The notes under the pieces were generated by a model, which searched no databases, was not told the DNA's origin, and saw only the letters and a list, made by a program, of their open reading frames with translations. A stretch of DNA of 64,000 bases from a virus (lineage: Duplodnaviria > Heunggongvirae > Uroviricota > Caudoviricetes): the IMG/VR virus record IMGVR_UViG_3300033067_001661, positions 64,001-128,000 of that record, one strand, 5' to 3'. Made by a program: the position numbers and the translations under genes. Below, in pieces: positions 39,395 through 49,424 of this stretch (positions are counted from its first letter, which is position 1; each line of letters starts with the position of its first letter).

Positions 39395-40002
39395 TACTGA
39401 AGCTCCCTTTTGTGATTTAGGTTGGGATCAACAAAATCAATTGCAGCCTGAACATTAATACCTTGAGTGTCAATCCCTTCGCAACAAAAATCAATGATCT
39501 TAGGTATCATATCGCCAGGATTATCCGTTAGTTCATTGAAATTCACATCAAAATTGGGCAATCCATATTCTTCTATGAGATTCTTTCTATGAAGCCTTAT
39601 AAGAGAATGTATATGCTCTATGAATTCCCTAGTTCTAAAATGACCATATTTTATGAGAGAACTCTTAATTGCGCCTTCTTCTGGCCTATCTATAGACAAA
39701 ATTCTACAGCTAGTGTACGGAAGAACATACTTATAGCAAAAAGCTATCTGATACGACTTAAGACCCCAAAGAGGACTCTTATTGCGTTCCTCAAAGTATG
39801 CTCTAAACTCATGTTCTCTCTCAATCGCATCCTCTTTACTTGCTAAAAGTTCAAAAGGAAGGTCTTCAAAATGACCTTTTGGATTAAGACGACTTGGCCC
39901 TCTGAGATTAGACCCCATGTTTATGCCAGCGGCATGAAGCGCTCCGGCTAAACAAGAGGAACCAGATCCCTGAGGGCCAATTATGAATATTGCGCGAGAC
40001 AT
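39394..40002 (-). CDS. sulfotransferase-family P-loop protein
   Basis: IFIIGPQGSGSSCLAGAL, NPKGHFED, WGLK, FVDPNLNH. Confidence 0.7.
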   Translation of the reverse strand: MSRAIFIIGPQGSGSSCLAGALHAAGINMGSNLRGPSRLNPKGHFEDLPFELLASKEDAIEREHEFRAYFEERNKSPLWGLKSYQIAFCYKYVLPYTSCRILSIDRPEEGAIKSSLIKYGHFRTREFIEHIHSLIRLHRKNLIEEYGLPNFDVNFNELTDNPGDMIPKIIDFCCEGIDTQGINVQAAIDFVDPNLNHKRELQ

Positions 40003-40586
40003 TAGATTGTTATATTTTGAGGCGATCTAACAGCAGGAGCCGCAGGAACAACGGGAGCAACGGTTGCTTCTTCCTTGGGGAAAGAAACGCTGAGAGAAGT
40101 CTTATCTTGCTCTTTCTGAACGAAAGGAGAAGTATTATTATTCTCTAGCAACTGATCGAGAAGCTTATTCAAATCCTTCTTCTTGAACTTCCAAGAAGTT
40201 TCGGAAACCTCGTCAAACTTACCAAGGGCCTGCAAGTGGTCTCGAAGTCCTTCGTCGTCAACAATCGTCCATGTTCCCTTTGAAGAACGAACCTGAACCT
40301 TACCAACTCCAGGGAAATCTAAGGTCTTATCCTTATTGCGCTGCATACAAGTCTTGATTGCCTCTTCAAGCTTTTCAGCGTCAGACTCTTCTTTCTGAAT
40401 TTGCTCGTCAATAGCAGCGACTCTGCGTTTCTTGAGTTCTTTGAGAAACTCAATCTTCTTTGTCATATTCTGCAAAACAAGTAGAACGTTTTCTATTTCA
40501 TACTTGTCCTGAAGCTGTTCAGTACCATTGATGATACCTTCAACTTTCAAGTACGACATTCCTGGTGCTTCATCTTCATAACTCAT
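40002..40586 (-). CDS. Gam/Gp157-like coiled-coil phage protein
   Basis: coiled coil, then KTLDFPGVGKVQVR and KKDLNK. Confidence 0.6.
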   Translation of the reverse strand: MSYEDEAPGMSYLKVEGIINGTEQLQDKYEIENVLLVLQNMTKKIEFLKELKKRRVAAIDEQIQKEESDAEKLEEAIKTCMQRNKDKTLDFPGVGKVQVRSSKGTWTIVDDEGLRDHLQALGKFDEVSETSWKFKKKDLNKLLDQLLENNNTSPFVQKEQDKTSLSVSFPKEEATVAPVVPAAPAVRSPQNITI

Positions 40587-40595
40587 AAAGGCTCC

Positions 40596-40907
40596 TTATC
40601 GTGGTACAACTTTCAAAACTATAGCAGTCTTATCCCCTCCATCGAACGAAGCGCTGTCAAAAGATGGTTCAACCACAAGGTCTAGTCCCTTTTTTGCCGC
40701 TTCACCGCGAGCGATAATGATTGCCTTCCAAGCATTATTGCCAGAAGACGCTCCAACTGTCTTGAGTTTGGCATGTCCATGTTTTGATACAACAGTTAAC
40801 ACAGCGGAAGCAAGACTCTTAACATACCCTTTTCTAAGTTCATCCGAAGTAAAAGAACCTTCTCCCTTTACTTTTAGCAGGGTTATATCCGGCTCAGTAT
40901 TAGACAT
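40596..40907 (-). CDS. spoVS: stage V sporulation protein S (Alba-like)
   Basis: LLKV..VKSLASAV..VGASSGNNAWKAIIIARG..PSF..KTAIVLKV. Confidence 0.85.
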   Translation of the reverse strand: MSNTEPDITLLKVKGEGSFTSDELRKGYVKSLASAVLTVVSKHGHAKLKTVGASSGNNAWKAIIIARGEAAKKGLDLVVEPSFDSASFDGGDKTAIVLKVVPR

Positions 40908-40917
40908 AACTAACTCC

Positions 40918-41937
40918 TCATTCTATAATACCGTAAAACTTCAGTCGCTTTTGCATTAAGTCTGGATCGCTCCAAGCTTTACTACTATGACATATCGACT
41001 GAAATTCACAATACCTACAGTCATAACTGTCCTTAGACAGCGGACGAGGAGGCGGAAGTAACTTATCCTTGGACATCTCGTTTAGCTTATAAGCCTGTTC
41101 TTTAATCTTTAGCCACATCTCTGGATTTCTCTCAACCTTGTAGATCTTGGTTGAAGAGTCATCTTTGTTCTCGTAAATCAATATTCCATAATCAAGGTCA
41201 AGAATGTTACTATAAATCACTAACTGCGTTTTATAGACCAATGAAGGGCCATTTTCAAGCTTTGATTTGAAACTGTAAGAGTTAATACTCTTCATATCCA
41301 AGACAATAGGCTTCTTGGGTAAGTCTTCTACTCTAAAAAGAACATCAACAGCATTGCCTTGCGAGAACATTGCAGGATCAAACTTAGAAAAATCAAGAAT
41401 CTGGTCGCAATGACCATAGAAATTGAGTTCCTTATCTTGAACGGTAATTTCATGATAATGGAATTTGTCATTTCCGCAAACGCACTCTTTTGGCTTAAAG
41501 CAGCCAAGCTTATTATCTAATCCATACATTCGCGGTTTGAAGTTTGCTACAACCTCAGGAACCTTAAGCCCATCTCTTTGAAGAATATCAGGATGATAAT
41601 TGCCGTCATTATCCCAAAGATGGCAGCATTCATTTGCGCATTGCCAAATGCCTCGCAAAACTCCTATTTCCGCGAAATAATGAGACCAACGAGCATGCAT
41701 GCTATGACCTGTATCAAAGATTCTTACGGTCTTTGGCTCTACGTCCCCCTTATCAGGCGTTATAAGGCCCTGGTCTGAGTATCTTTGATACTGAACCTTT
41801 CGTAAGCATCCTCCAAATGAAGAAGGATGGTACGAGGAGTATCCGCGAGGAGGACCATTGAGATTCTTCCATTTCAGGAAGGTGTTCAATACATTCATTA
41901 CATTTGTTACTTCAGGTGGTTGTGCAACAGGAGGCAT
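40918..41937 (-). CDS. Cas4-like PD-(D/E)xK exonuclease
   Basis: PSSFGGCLRK, GHSMH, GHCD, LDMKS, QL.IY, CRYCEFQSIC Fe-S ligands. Confidence 0.8.
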   Translation of the reverse strand: MPPVAQPPEVTNVMNVLNTFLKWKNLNGPPRGYSSYHPSSFGGCLRKVQYQRYSDQGLITPDKGDVEPKTVRIFDTGHSMHARWSHYFAEIGVLRGIWQCANECCHLWDNDGNYHPDILQRDGLKVPEVVANFKPRMYGLDNKLGCFKPKECVCGNDKFHYHEITVQDKELNFYGHCDQILDFSKFDPAMFSQGNAVDVLFRVEDLPKKPIVLDMKSINSYSFKSKLENGPSLVYKTQLVIYSNILDLDYGILIYENKDDSSTKIYKVERNPEMWLKIKEQAYKLNEMSKDKLLPPPRPLSKDSYDCRYCEFQSICHSSKAWSDPDLMQKRLKFYGIIE

Positions 41938-41945
41938 ACGTCTTC

Positions 41946-42722
41946 CTAATCTATCTCTAACTGAGAATGTCTATTACTAAGACCTAAACAATACTTCTTC
42001 AATCCAAGTTCTTCAACTTTTGCTTTTGCTTCTCTAAGCAACTCTAGATAATCGCTGCTCGACTCTTTCTTTAGAAACTCGTCAGGATCTTTATGTTTTG
42101 GTAGAACAACAGGAATAAATCGGATTCCCGTTGATTCAAGGCCGTACTCTCTATACATTCTTACTGAGCGACTAAGGTTCTTGAAACCTGAATCGTCAGA
42201 ATCAAAGCTAAGAAAGATATCTCTGCAATACCTAGAAATAATGCATAAATGGTAAGGGCTAAAGGCGCTTCCAAGCAATCCAACAGTAACTCCAAAACCA
42301 TATCTATGAGCGCATGCCGTATCAAACTGGCCTTCAACAACAATCGCCTTTTGATGCTTGATAATGTTAGCTTTTGCAACATTCATACCAAACAAAAAGA
42401 ACTTCTTATCAAACTGCTCATGCAAATGAGGCATCTTAGTCTTATCCTTACATCTAAAATCTCTTGATGTAAGAATGATCAACTCGTCATGCTGGTCATA
42501 TAATGGCATGATGAGCCTTCCGGCCCAATCATGCCCTTGCTTCTTCAATCTTTGAGGATAATACCCAAAGCGAAACTTCTTTATTACGTCGTCCGTAAGA
42601 CCTCGTTCAACCCTTAGATAATTAAGGGTCTCTCGAACATCCTCGGTATCCTCCGTCCATAGAACTTCTTGCGAAAGATTGACTATCGCCTTCCGCTCTA
42701 CTTCTGGAAAATAAACCTTCAT
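41946..42722 (-). CDS. dnaG: DNA primase catalytic core (Toprim), lacking the Zn-binding domain
   Basis: YL..RGL..IKKFRFGY, GRLIMPL, VVEGQFD, FDSDDSG, KDPDE; no CHC2 finger. Confidence 0.88.
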   Translation of the reverse strand: MKVYFPEVERKAIVNLSQEVLWTEDTEDVRETLNYLRVERGLTDDVIKKFRFGYYPQRLKKQGHDWAGRLIMPLYDQHDELIILTSRDFRCKDKTKMPHLHEQFDKKFFLFGMNVAKANIIKHQKAIVVEGQFDTACAHRYGFGVTVGLLGSAFSPYHLCIISRYCRDIFLSFDSDDSGFKNLSRSVRMYREYGLESTGIRFIPVVLPKHKDPDEFLKKESSSDYLELLREAKAKVEELGLKKYCLGLSNRHSQLEID

Positions 42723-43957
42723 ACATCAGGATTTTCGACAACTTCTACTTCAGTTTCGCTCGATACACCGTCTTCTTCCTCAAGGATTTCACTTAGCTCG
42801 TCTTTCTTCGACTTTTGCTTCTCCGCTTTCTTCTTCGCATTTTCCAGCTTTTCTTTGTTCTGCTCAATGAATGCAATATGCTTGTCGTAGTTCAAAATTG
42901 CAGCAGGAAGAACAACATCAGCTTGCTTAGCAGCGCCCTTGATTGCGTTGATAAGTTCGCCAACCTTATTTTGAGCAACCAATTCGGCTGCAAACGCCTT
43001 CTTACCTTCGACCTTCAAGCCGCCCCAAGAAAATACTCCATTACGAACAGTGATAAGCTTGGTTTGACGACCATACTCAAAAGCACTCTCTTCAACTTGA
43101 GGAAAGTAGTTTTCATAGTATATAGGAATACGAATGCCTCCAAAATGAGGAGGAGCAAAGCGATTCTTCTGAACAAATACATTAGCAGATCCAGCGATCA
43201 TCTTTTGATTACCGTCATCGTCCTCAATGTATCTGTAACCATCCTTGGCATTAACTTTGTTCAATTTCAAAATAACAGAACAAGCATGGGCTATGGCCTT
43301 TCCACCCGGATAACCTTCCGGATCCTTAAAGGCTCCAGCGCCAGGATTGATACGAAGCTGATTGATAAAGATTACAAGAGTGTTATTAGCAGCAGCAAGA
43401 CTGCATATCTTATTAACGGTTCTGCCAAGCAATCGAGCCAAAGCAGCCATCGTTTCTTTATCAGCATCATGTTCAAGAACATATCTAGGAACAAGAGCGC
43501 CAACTGAGTCAAGAACAACAACGCCTGCGCCTTTCCTACAAGCATCCATTACGCTATCAAGAGCCGCCTCCCCGTCAAAAACCTTATCAGTGTCGTTCTT
43601 ATCGAACATTGATCTACGACCAATCTTTGCAAGATCAACACCATTGATTTTAGCTAAAGACTCGCTAAAAGAGTTCTCAACGTCAATCCAAATAGGAATC
43701 TTACCCATGCGCTGAGCGTTTCCGCAAATTGCATAAGCAAGAGACGACTTACCACCAGCTTCACCGCCGTAGATCATCATCAACTTGCCTGTTGGAATGC
43801 CTCCTGTTTTAACTGAATCTTCAGTATTAGTCAAAAGGCCACTTGCAATAACGTAATCAAGCTCAGCATGTCCTGTAGGAATAAACTCAGTTGGATTACC
43901 CTCAGAACCAAACTCAAAACCTTCAAAATTTGCTAATGCCGTACTTTTCTTTGCCAT
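42719..43957 (-). CDS. recA: RecA/UvsX recombinase
   Basis: IPTG, GGIPTG, YGGEAGGKSS, IDVE, VLDSVGAL, IFINQLR, PGGKAI, KNRFAPP. Confidence 0.93.
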   Translation of the reverse strand: MAKKSTALANFEGFEFGSEGNPTEFIPTGHAELDYVIASGLLTNTEDSVKTGGIPTGKLMMIYGGEAGGKSSLAYAICGNAQRMGKIPIWIDVENSFSESLAKINGVDLAKIGRRSMFDKNDTDKVFDGEAALDSVMDACRKGAGVVVLDSVGALVPRYVLEHDADKETMAALARLLGRTVNKICSLAAANNTLVIFINQLRINPGAGAFKDPEGYPGGKAIAHACSVILKLNKVNAKDGYRYIEDDDGNQKMIAGSANVFVQKNRFAPPHFGGIRIPIYYENYFPQVEESAFEYGRQTKLITVRNGVFSWGGLKVEGKKAFAAELVAQNKVGELINAIKGAAKQADVVLPAAILNYDKHIAFIEQNKEKLENAKKKAEKQKSKKDELSEILEEEDGVSSETEVEVVENPDV

Positions 43958-44003
43958 TTTTCATCTCCGTTTCTCTGTTTGCGTACTGATAGCTTATCGT
44001 AAC

Positions 44004-44036
44004 AAAAAGGCCGTGGCCCAAGAGCAACCACGGCCT
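44004..44036 (-). terminator. rho-independent terminator after ssb
   Basis: AGGCCGTGG..CCACGGCCT followed by TTTTGTT on the minus strand. Confidence 0.8.
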
Positions 44037-44059
44037 GTTCATTACAGACTTATTTACAT

Positions 44060-44737
44060 TTAGAATCCAAGATCAAGCTTGCCCGAAGCAGCCTTTGCAG
44101 GAGCAGCGGTCGGGGCCGAAGCAGCTTGCGCTGGGGCCTTTGACTTGCTCGGATAAAGCTTCTCTTCGATTTCGCTCTGAGGAGTTGGAGCAAACTCCTT
44201 ACCAAGATCCCAAAGATCCTGTTCCTTCAACATCGCCTTCTCTTCATCAGTGAAAGGCGTTTGAACAACTGGAGTTGTGTTGTACTCAGTACGCTTCTTG
44301 TCGCCGCTTGCCGGAATCTTAACGGTGATTTCGAAATCTGCGCCGTTTCTATTACCGGGGTGCTGACCTGAAGCCTTTGCCCAGCGCTTGATTGCCTCAA
44401 ATACGCTAGCAGGAGCCTCCATAATCTTCAACTTGCCATCGGCACGATCAATGACATTTACCGCATAGCGAGGCTTGGCCTCAACATTGTACTTCTGACG
44501 AATAATGCAGTTCTGAGGGTCTTCTGTGATGGCCCTGTTGAACCTCTTAGGATCGTCTGGATTTGCAATGTAATAGGCGTAAAAGCCGCATGGGTCGCCA
44601 ACAGGACGGACTCTGTAAGTTGTACCCTGGATGCTTCCAGTCAACTTAAGATACTTGCTATCATTGCCTCCGCCCTTGCCACCCTTCTTACCCGTCGAAG
44701 TCGTATCAATATCATCCCAACCAATTATCTTACTCAT
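44060..44737 (-). CDS. phage single-stranded DNA-binding protein (gp32-like)
   Basis: YRVRP, PRYAVNVIDRADGKLKIME, GADFEIT, TEY, Ala/Pro linker and DLGF tail. Confidence 0.75.
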   Translation of the reverse strand: MSKIIGWDDIDTTSTGKKGGKGGGNDSKYLKLTGSIQGTTYRVRPVGDPCGFYAYYIANPDDPKRFNRAITEDPQNCIIRQKYNVEAKPRYAVNVIDRADGKLKIMEAPASVFEAIKRWAKASGQHPGNRNGADFEITVKIPASGDKKRTEYNTTPVVQTPFTDEEKAMLKEQDLWDLGKEFAPTPQSEIEEKLYPSKSKAPAQAASAPTAAPAKAASGKLDLGF

Positions 44738-44950
44738 TTCAAAACTCCTTGTCTCTGATACTCTATTTGTTTGAGTTCAGCTTTTTATTCTACGTCTTCT
44801 CGAAACCCTGAAACGCTCAGAATCTCTTTTCTCTAGGTCTCTGTTTACTCTGTCTATAATAACAATAAAACATAACCTAAAACTAGCATTAACTTCTAAC
44901 AATTTCAATATGATTTACTTGCATTTGTCGGTTACATCTCCTTTCTCTAA

Positions 44951-44990
44951 TCTCTAGAACTCTAAAACTCTAAAACTCGGATACTCTTAA
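44951..44990. repeat. five imperfect 8-bp tandem repeats in the ssb leader
   Basis: TCTCTAGA ACTCTAAA ACTCTAAA ACTCGGAT ACTCTTAA. Confidence 0.6.
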
Positions 44991-45016
44991 TTCGACTAAA
45001 TTCAACAAATTCCTTT
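44990..45016 (-). promoter_or_regulatory. sigma-H consensus promoter upstream of ssb
   Basis: AAAGGAATT-N11-GTCGAAT matches the B. subtilis sigma-H consensus RNAGGAWWW-N11/12-RNNGAAT. Confidence 0.7.
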
Positions 45017-46193
45017 AGTCATCCAACCAACTTATTTTCCCTGTCTTTCCTGGACCACTCATCGACGTTTTTGCTGCCGAAGATTGAGCTTTCACAGCCT
45101 CTTGAACCTCTAATCTGTCAAAGCCTTCTGCTGCAATTTCTGGCGAAACAGCGGAACGAGTAGAAACGTTCTCAACAACCTTCTTAGCCTTATCAGACAA
45201 GTTTACATAGTTCTTTTCATGACTATCCGTAATGTTTTGCTGCTTAAGCAACTCAAGCGTTATACTAATCTTGCGACTAAGAATTTCTTTTGACTCAAGC
45301 AAATTGTGGTAAACGTCTTTAGCTGCTTGCTCAAGAGCCTCAACATCGCAAGCGTACATTTCAATGTCTTTCATATGATCATGAATAACACCATCTTGAC
45401 GAGCCGCTGGCTTTTCGTAAGTAACTTTTGCAAGAACACCCCTCAATAGCTCAACACCTCTTTTAGAAGCAGAACACTGTCCTGTTGCTTGAATCTTAAT
45501 CTGAACAACTCTATCAAGAAAGGATTGTATCTTGTTAAACTTATCAGCCATGCCCTCTAAATCCATTAGCTCTGTACTTGCGCTAACATGACATGACCTA
45601 AGCTCGTTCATAAGCTTATCAACAGGAATTGGCTTTCCACCCCTTGTGAGCGATTTGATAAAGTTCTGCTTTTCCGAATAGAAATGAGCAAACATTGGCG
45701 ACGGAGGAACAAGAGTCCAGCCATCTTCGTCTGCCTTACTCGCAACCGAAGGAGTCGTTACGGACTCCTCCTTTGTCTCCTCAGCTTCTTCTCCAGCGTC
45801 TGTATCTTCATTATGAGTGGTTTGTTTTTGCGCCACGGGTTTAGTCTCCTCGCTGACAGGCTTTCCAGGGAGAACTGACTGCTTGAGTATCTTCTCAAAC
45901 GAGTTCTTGCTGGGTTCTGCGATTGTGATTGGTTGCTGAACGACTGGTTCTTGTTTGGTCTTCGCTTCATTGCCTTGCTCCTTTGCAACGTAAGTAACCT
46001 CAATCGGCGGAGCATCTTTTGCTAAGACTTCGTTCAGCTTTTTTGACTTCTGCTCAAAACCCTCAGCGCCACTGGCCTTTATGACCTCAGCGTAAGAAGT
46101 TTCTTGGCTTTCGTCGTCTTCTTCTCTGATATTCGATCCATCTTTGGGAATACCAAAAATGTCATCTAAAAGCTGTTCATTTATCGACGGCAT
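45015..46193 (-). CDS. hypothetical protein (disordered N-terminus, coiled-coil C-terminus)
   Basis: 392 aa ORF. Confidence 0.6.
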   Translation of the reverse strand: MPSINEQLLDDIFGIPKDGSNIREEDDESQETSYAEVIKASGAEGFEQKSKKLNEVLAKDAPPIEVTYVAKEQGNEAKTKQEPVVQQPITIAEPSKNSFEKILKQSVLPGKPVSEETKPVAQKQTTHNEDTDAGEEAEETKEESVTTPSVASKADEDGWTLVPPSPMFAHFYSEKQNFIKSLTRGGKPIPVDKLMNELRSCHVSASTELMDLEGMADKFNKIQSFLDRVVQIKIQATGQCSASKRGVELLRGVLAKVTYEKPAARQDGVIHDHMKDIEMYACDVEALEQAAKDVYHNLLESKEILSRKISITLELLKQQNITDSHEKNYVNLSDKAKKVVENVSTRSAVSPEIAAEGFDRLEVQEAVKAQSSAAKTSMSGPGKTGKISWLDD

Positions 46194-46212
46194 TTATTGT
46201 CTTCCTTTAACT

Positions 46213-46524
46213 TCAATCAAGAGCGTCAAAATCTTTCTTTTCTTCTTCAGTTAGACCACGTTTATTATTGGTTGTAGAAGATACAATTGCGGAGAATCCA
46301 TTGAGATTCAATTCCTCAAAAACCCTCTTCTGGGTATTCTCGAAATCCTCTCTCACAAGAGTTGTGATACCGTCGCTTTTGGCTCGCAACATATCAATGT
46401 TTTCCCATTCAACCTCAATCTGATGCTCCACAATAACATCCATTGTCTCAAACTTTGCAGTATTATACTTTCTGATAATAGCTTTGCGTACAATGGACTT
46501 TCTCATATTTTGATCTTGTGACAT
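46213..46524 (-). CDS. hypothetical protein
   Basis: ATG at 46524 after GGAG. Confidence 0.55.
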   Translation of the reverse strand: MSQDQNMRKSIVRKAIIRKYNTAKFETMDVIVEHQIEVEWENIDMLRAKSDGITTLVREDFENTQKRVFEELNLNGFSAIVSSTTNNKRGLTEEEKKDFDALD

Positions 46525-46575
46525 ATTTTTCTCCAAATAGTAATTCGTCTACTCTATATCGCTATTGCGCTTATT

Positions 46576-48552
46576 TCACCCAAAAATATTACCAACAATG
46601 ACGCCCTTCTTCTTCGCCCTCTTTAGGTCTTCTCTAATAACCTCAAAAGTCTTAAGAACTTCCTCTCTATTTGCGCTTCGACCGCCGCCCTTAGCAGGCT
46701 TGAAGAATCCAGCGTTCAACAAAGACTCAAACGATTTCGCATCGACCATCTTCGTGTCAGTCTTTTCCGCAAACTCTTGAAGGCTAGCATAAGGTTGATG
46801 CTCTACGATATTGTTCGCAGCATTATGACTCAAGCCTTTGCACTTTATAGAAGGCATGATTTGCGACCTTGGAACGCCATTAGCAGGGTCCGCCTTCTTG
46901 ACAATGAAATACTCAAGCTTACACTGATTGATTTGCCTTGGCAAAATCTCCACGTTCATTTCTTTAGCCATCTTCTCAAGAGCGTCAACTTTATCATAGT
47001 TTGAACGGTTGATTTCAACATTAAGATAAGCTGTAAGGAACTCTTCTGGGAAGTTTGCCTTCAAATAAGCAGTAACATAAGAGTTATAAGCATAGCAGCA
47101 AGCGTGCGCCTTATTGAAACCGTAATCAGCAAACGGCATGATTACCTTGTCCCAATAGTCTTGAGCAATCTTCTCTTCTACGTTATTCTCTTTTGCGCCA
47201 GAAATAAACCTAGCCCTATACTTCGCCAAAAGCTCTGGTTTCTTTTTACCGATTGCCTTAATAACAACATAACCCTCAGGGATAGAAAAGCCTGCAATCG
47301 AGTTACAGATCTGCATGACTTGCTCTTGATATACAAGCAATCCATAGGTCTTCTTGAGATAAGGTTCAACGTACTTCTTTAGAGAAGGATGGAAATAGTT
47401 GATAGATTCCGAACCATGCTTGCGGGCGCAATAAGTCGGAATCGAGTCCATCGGACCAGGACGATACAAGGCGATACCTGCCATGATGTCGTCAAGGGAG
47501 TCAACTCCCATGTTAATCATGGTCTTCTGCATTCCAGTCTCTTCGCACTGGAATACGCCCGTTAGCTTACCGCTCTTGTACAAATCAAAAGTCTTCTTGT
47601 CTTCAAGAGGTAAGTCATAAATGTTGATCTTCAAGCCATAGTTTTGCTCAACAAGCTTACAGCATCGGCCAATAACCGAAAGTGTGCTAAGAGCAAGAAT
47701 ATCGAACTTGATTAGTCCAAGAAACTCTAAATCATTGTACTCAAACTGAGTTGCAAAAGCATATTTAACTTCGCCGTCTTCGGCTGTGTCTGTAATCTTG
47801 CTTTGCTTAAGCGGAGCTATGCGTCCAAGAGGCTCATTCGATATAACAATACCGGCAGCATGCACTCCGAATATAGATAAAAGTCCCTCAATACTCCTAG
47901 AGTGTTCAAGTATAGCAGGGTATTTCTCCATATAATATGCAAACTTAGAACACCATTTATTAGCATCTTGGACGGTCTTGATTGGATGTTCATTTCCTTG
48001 ATCATCTGTTACTTTCAAAAAAGCGCCATACTGAGGCGGAAGAGCATTCAATATCTCATCGCCAAGTTCGTTGGTCTTTGTTTTCCACTCGTCATAACCC
48101 TTGAAAAAGGTATTCTCTGGATCTATAGCCTTGACCGCTCGGCGAACAAACGATTTCATCTTAAGACCAGAATACGTTCCGATGTTACCGACATGCTCTC
48201 TTCCGTAGGTATCAATGATGTATTTATACATCTCGTCTCTACGTTCGTAGTCAAAGTCGGAGTCAATATCGGGAAAACCTTTACGAGCAAATGCGCGACG
48301 CTTTGGCAAAAACTCCGAACCTTCGTCAGGCTTCTTATCAGTCATTCCAAGCGCATATGCCGTCCAAGAATTGATATCATTACGATGACCAACCTTACCA
48401 TGAGAATGCTTCCAAATGGAATGAAACTTTTGTAGAACAGGCTTTTCGTCCAAGCCCTCTATCTGCTCCATTAGAGCTATCTCTTTTTCAATCAAAGGCA
48501 AAAGGGACTTGTCCTTAACTGCCTCCAAGATTTCTTGCTTCATATCCGCCAT
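46576..48552 (-). CDS. dnaE: DNA polymerase III alpha subunit, C-terminal part (palm/fingers/HhH)
   Basis: PDIDSDF, GVHAAGIVIS, KFDILAL, GVFQ, ALYRPGPM, TYGLLVYQEQVM, YGFNKAHA, YLKANFPEEF. Confidence 0.93.
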   Translation of the reverse strand: MADMKQEILEAVKDKSLLPLIEKEIALMEQIEGLDEKPVLQKFHSIWKHSHGKVGHRNDINSWTAYALGMTDKKPDEGSEFLPKRRAFARKGFPDIDSDFDYERRDEMYKYIIDTYGREHVGNIGTYSGLKMKSFVRRAVKAIDPENTFFKGYDEWKTKTNELGDEILNALPPQYGAFLKVTDDQGNEHPIKTVQDANKWCSKFAYYMEKYPAILEHSRSIEGLLSIFGVHAAGIVISNEPLGRIAPLKQSKITDTAEDGEVKYAFATQFEYNDLEFLGLIKFDILALSTLSVIGRCCKLVEQNYGLKINIYDLPLEDKKTFDLYKSGKLTGVFQCEETGMQKTMINMGVDSLDDIMAGIALYRPGPMDSIPTYCARKHGSESINYFHPSLKKYVEPYLKKTYGLLVYQEQVMQICNSIAGFSIPEGYVVIKAIGKKKPELLAKYRARFISGAKENNVEEKIAQDYWDKVIMPFADYGFNKAHACCYAYNSYVTAYLKANFPEEFLTAYLNVEINRSNYDKVDALEKMAKEMNVEILPRQINQCKLEYFIVKKADPANGVPRSQIMPSIKCKGLSHNAANNIVEHQPYASLQEFAEKTDTKMVDAKSFESLLNAGFFKPAKGGGRSANREEVLKTFEVIREDLKRAKKKGVIVGNIFG

Positions 48553-48575
48553 TTATCGTCTCCAATTGCAAAAAC

Positions 48576-49424
48576 TCACGGAAAACACATTGGCAATTTT
48601 TCTTTATCTTGAGCATAAGAGCTTTTCTTGACAACCAAAACTTCTACAGCCGTATCTTTTTTATCAGAAGTTTGCATATGCTTTACGACACTCTTCTCAT
48701 AAAAAGAGTAACCTTTACTTTCTGGATAAAGCTGCCTTATAAAGGGACTATCGTAATAGGATATTGCAACAGAACCCTTTATGCTGTCAATGTATTTAGC
48801 CATGTCTTTATGGTTGAAACCATCAGTCATGTTGACATGATAGAACATCTTCTCAACATTTTCATAAGGAGGGTCCAGGTAAAATAAAGCCTCTGGACAG
48901 TCCCACTTCTTAATACATTCCTTGTAATCAAGATTTTCTATGTAAACGTCTTTGAAGAACTTAGCGCATTTAGCAACAAAAGGCGGCAAGGTCGCCCAAG
49001 AAAGACAAATATTCTCTCCTGTTCTTGAAACGCACCATGTTCCGTCTTCCTTTCCAAACATAGACTGTCTATTGTAGATAAGATAGTTTCTTGCCCACTC
49101 AACAGGATCTTCTTTTACAAAGTCCCTCTTCGATTCGATATACTCAACCGCTTTCTCAAACTCTTCTCTAGAATATGGAGTTAATTCAAGCTTCTCAAGA
49201 AAAACATCTTTGTAATCTCTAAGAACTCTAAATAAGTTCCATACATGACTATCTAAATCATTGTAAACCAAACGATACTCGCCGTCTGGCTTTGGCAATA
49301 CAAAACCAACGGCAAAGCTACCGCCAAAAGGTTCGCAATACAGCGTATGCTTTGGAAATAGCTTTTTGATCCAATCTCTAAGCTTGACTTTGCCGCCAAC
49401 TCTTTTTATGATTGTATCTGCCAT
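48576..49424 (-). CDS. Dam-like DNA adenine methyltransferase
   Basis: GGK, YCEPFGGS, VYNDLD, IENLDY, FYLDPPY. Confidence 0.9.
   Translation of the reverse strand: MADTIIKRVGGKVKLRDWIKKLFPKHTLYCEPFGGSFAVGFVLPKPDGEYRLVYNDLDSHVWNLFRVLRDYKDVFLEKLELTPYSREEFEKAVEYIESKRDFVKEDPVEWARNYLIYNRQSMFGKEDGTWCVSRTGENICLSWATLPPFVAKCAKFFKDVYIENLDYKECIKKWDCPEALFYLDPPYENVEKMFYHVNMTDGFNHKDMAKYIDSIKGSVAISYYDSPFIRQLYPESKGYSFYEKSVVKHMQTSDKKDTAVEVLVVKKSSYAQDKEKLPMCFP

Noticed and set aside
40918-41937. Cas4-like gene as evidence of a CRISPR system
   Set aside because: No cas1/cas2 or array; solo Cas4-like nucleases are common phage recombination genes.
44959-44980. GTTTTAGAG twice on the minus strand, resembling the start of a type II CRISPR repeat
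   Set aside because: It is an 8-bp tandem repeat with no spacers and no cas operon.
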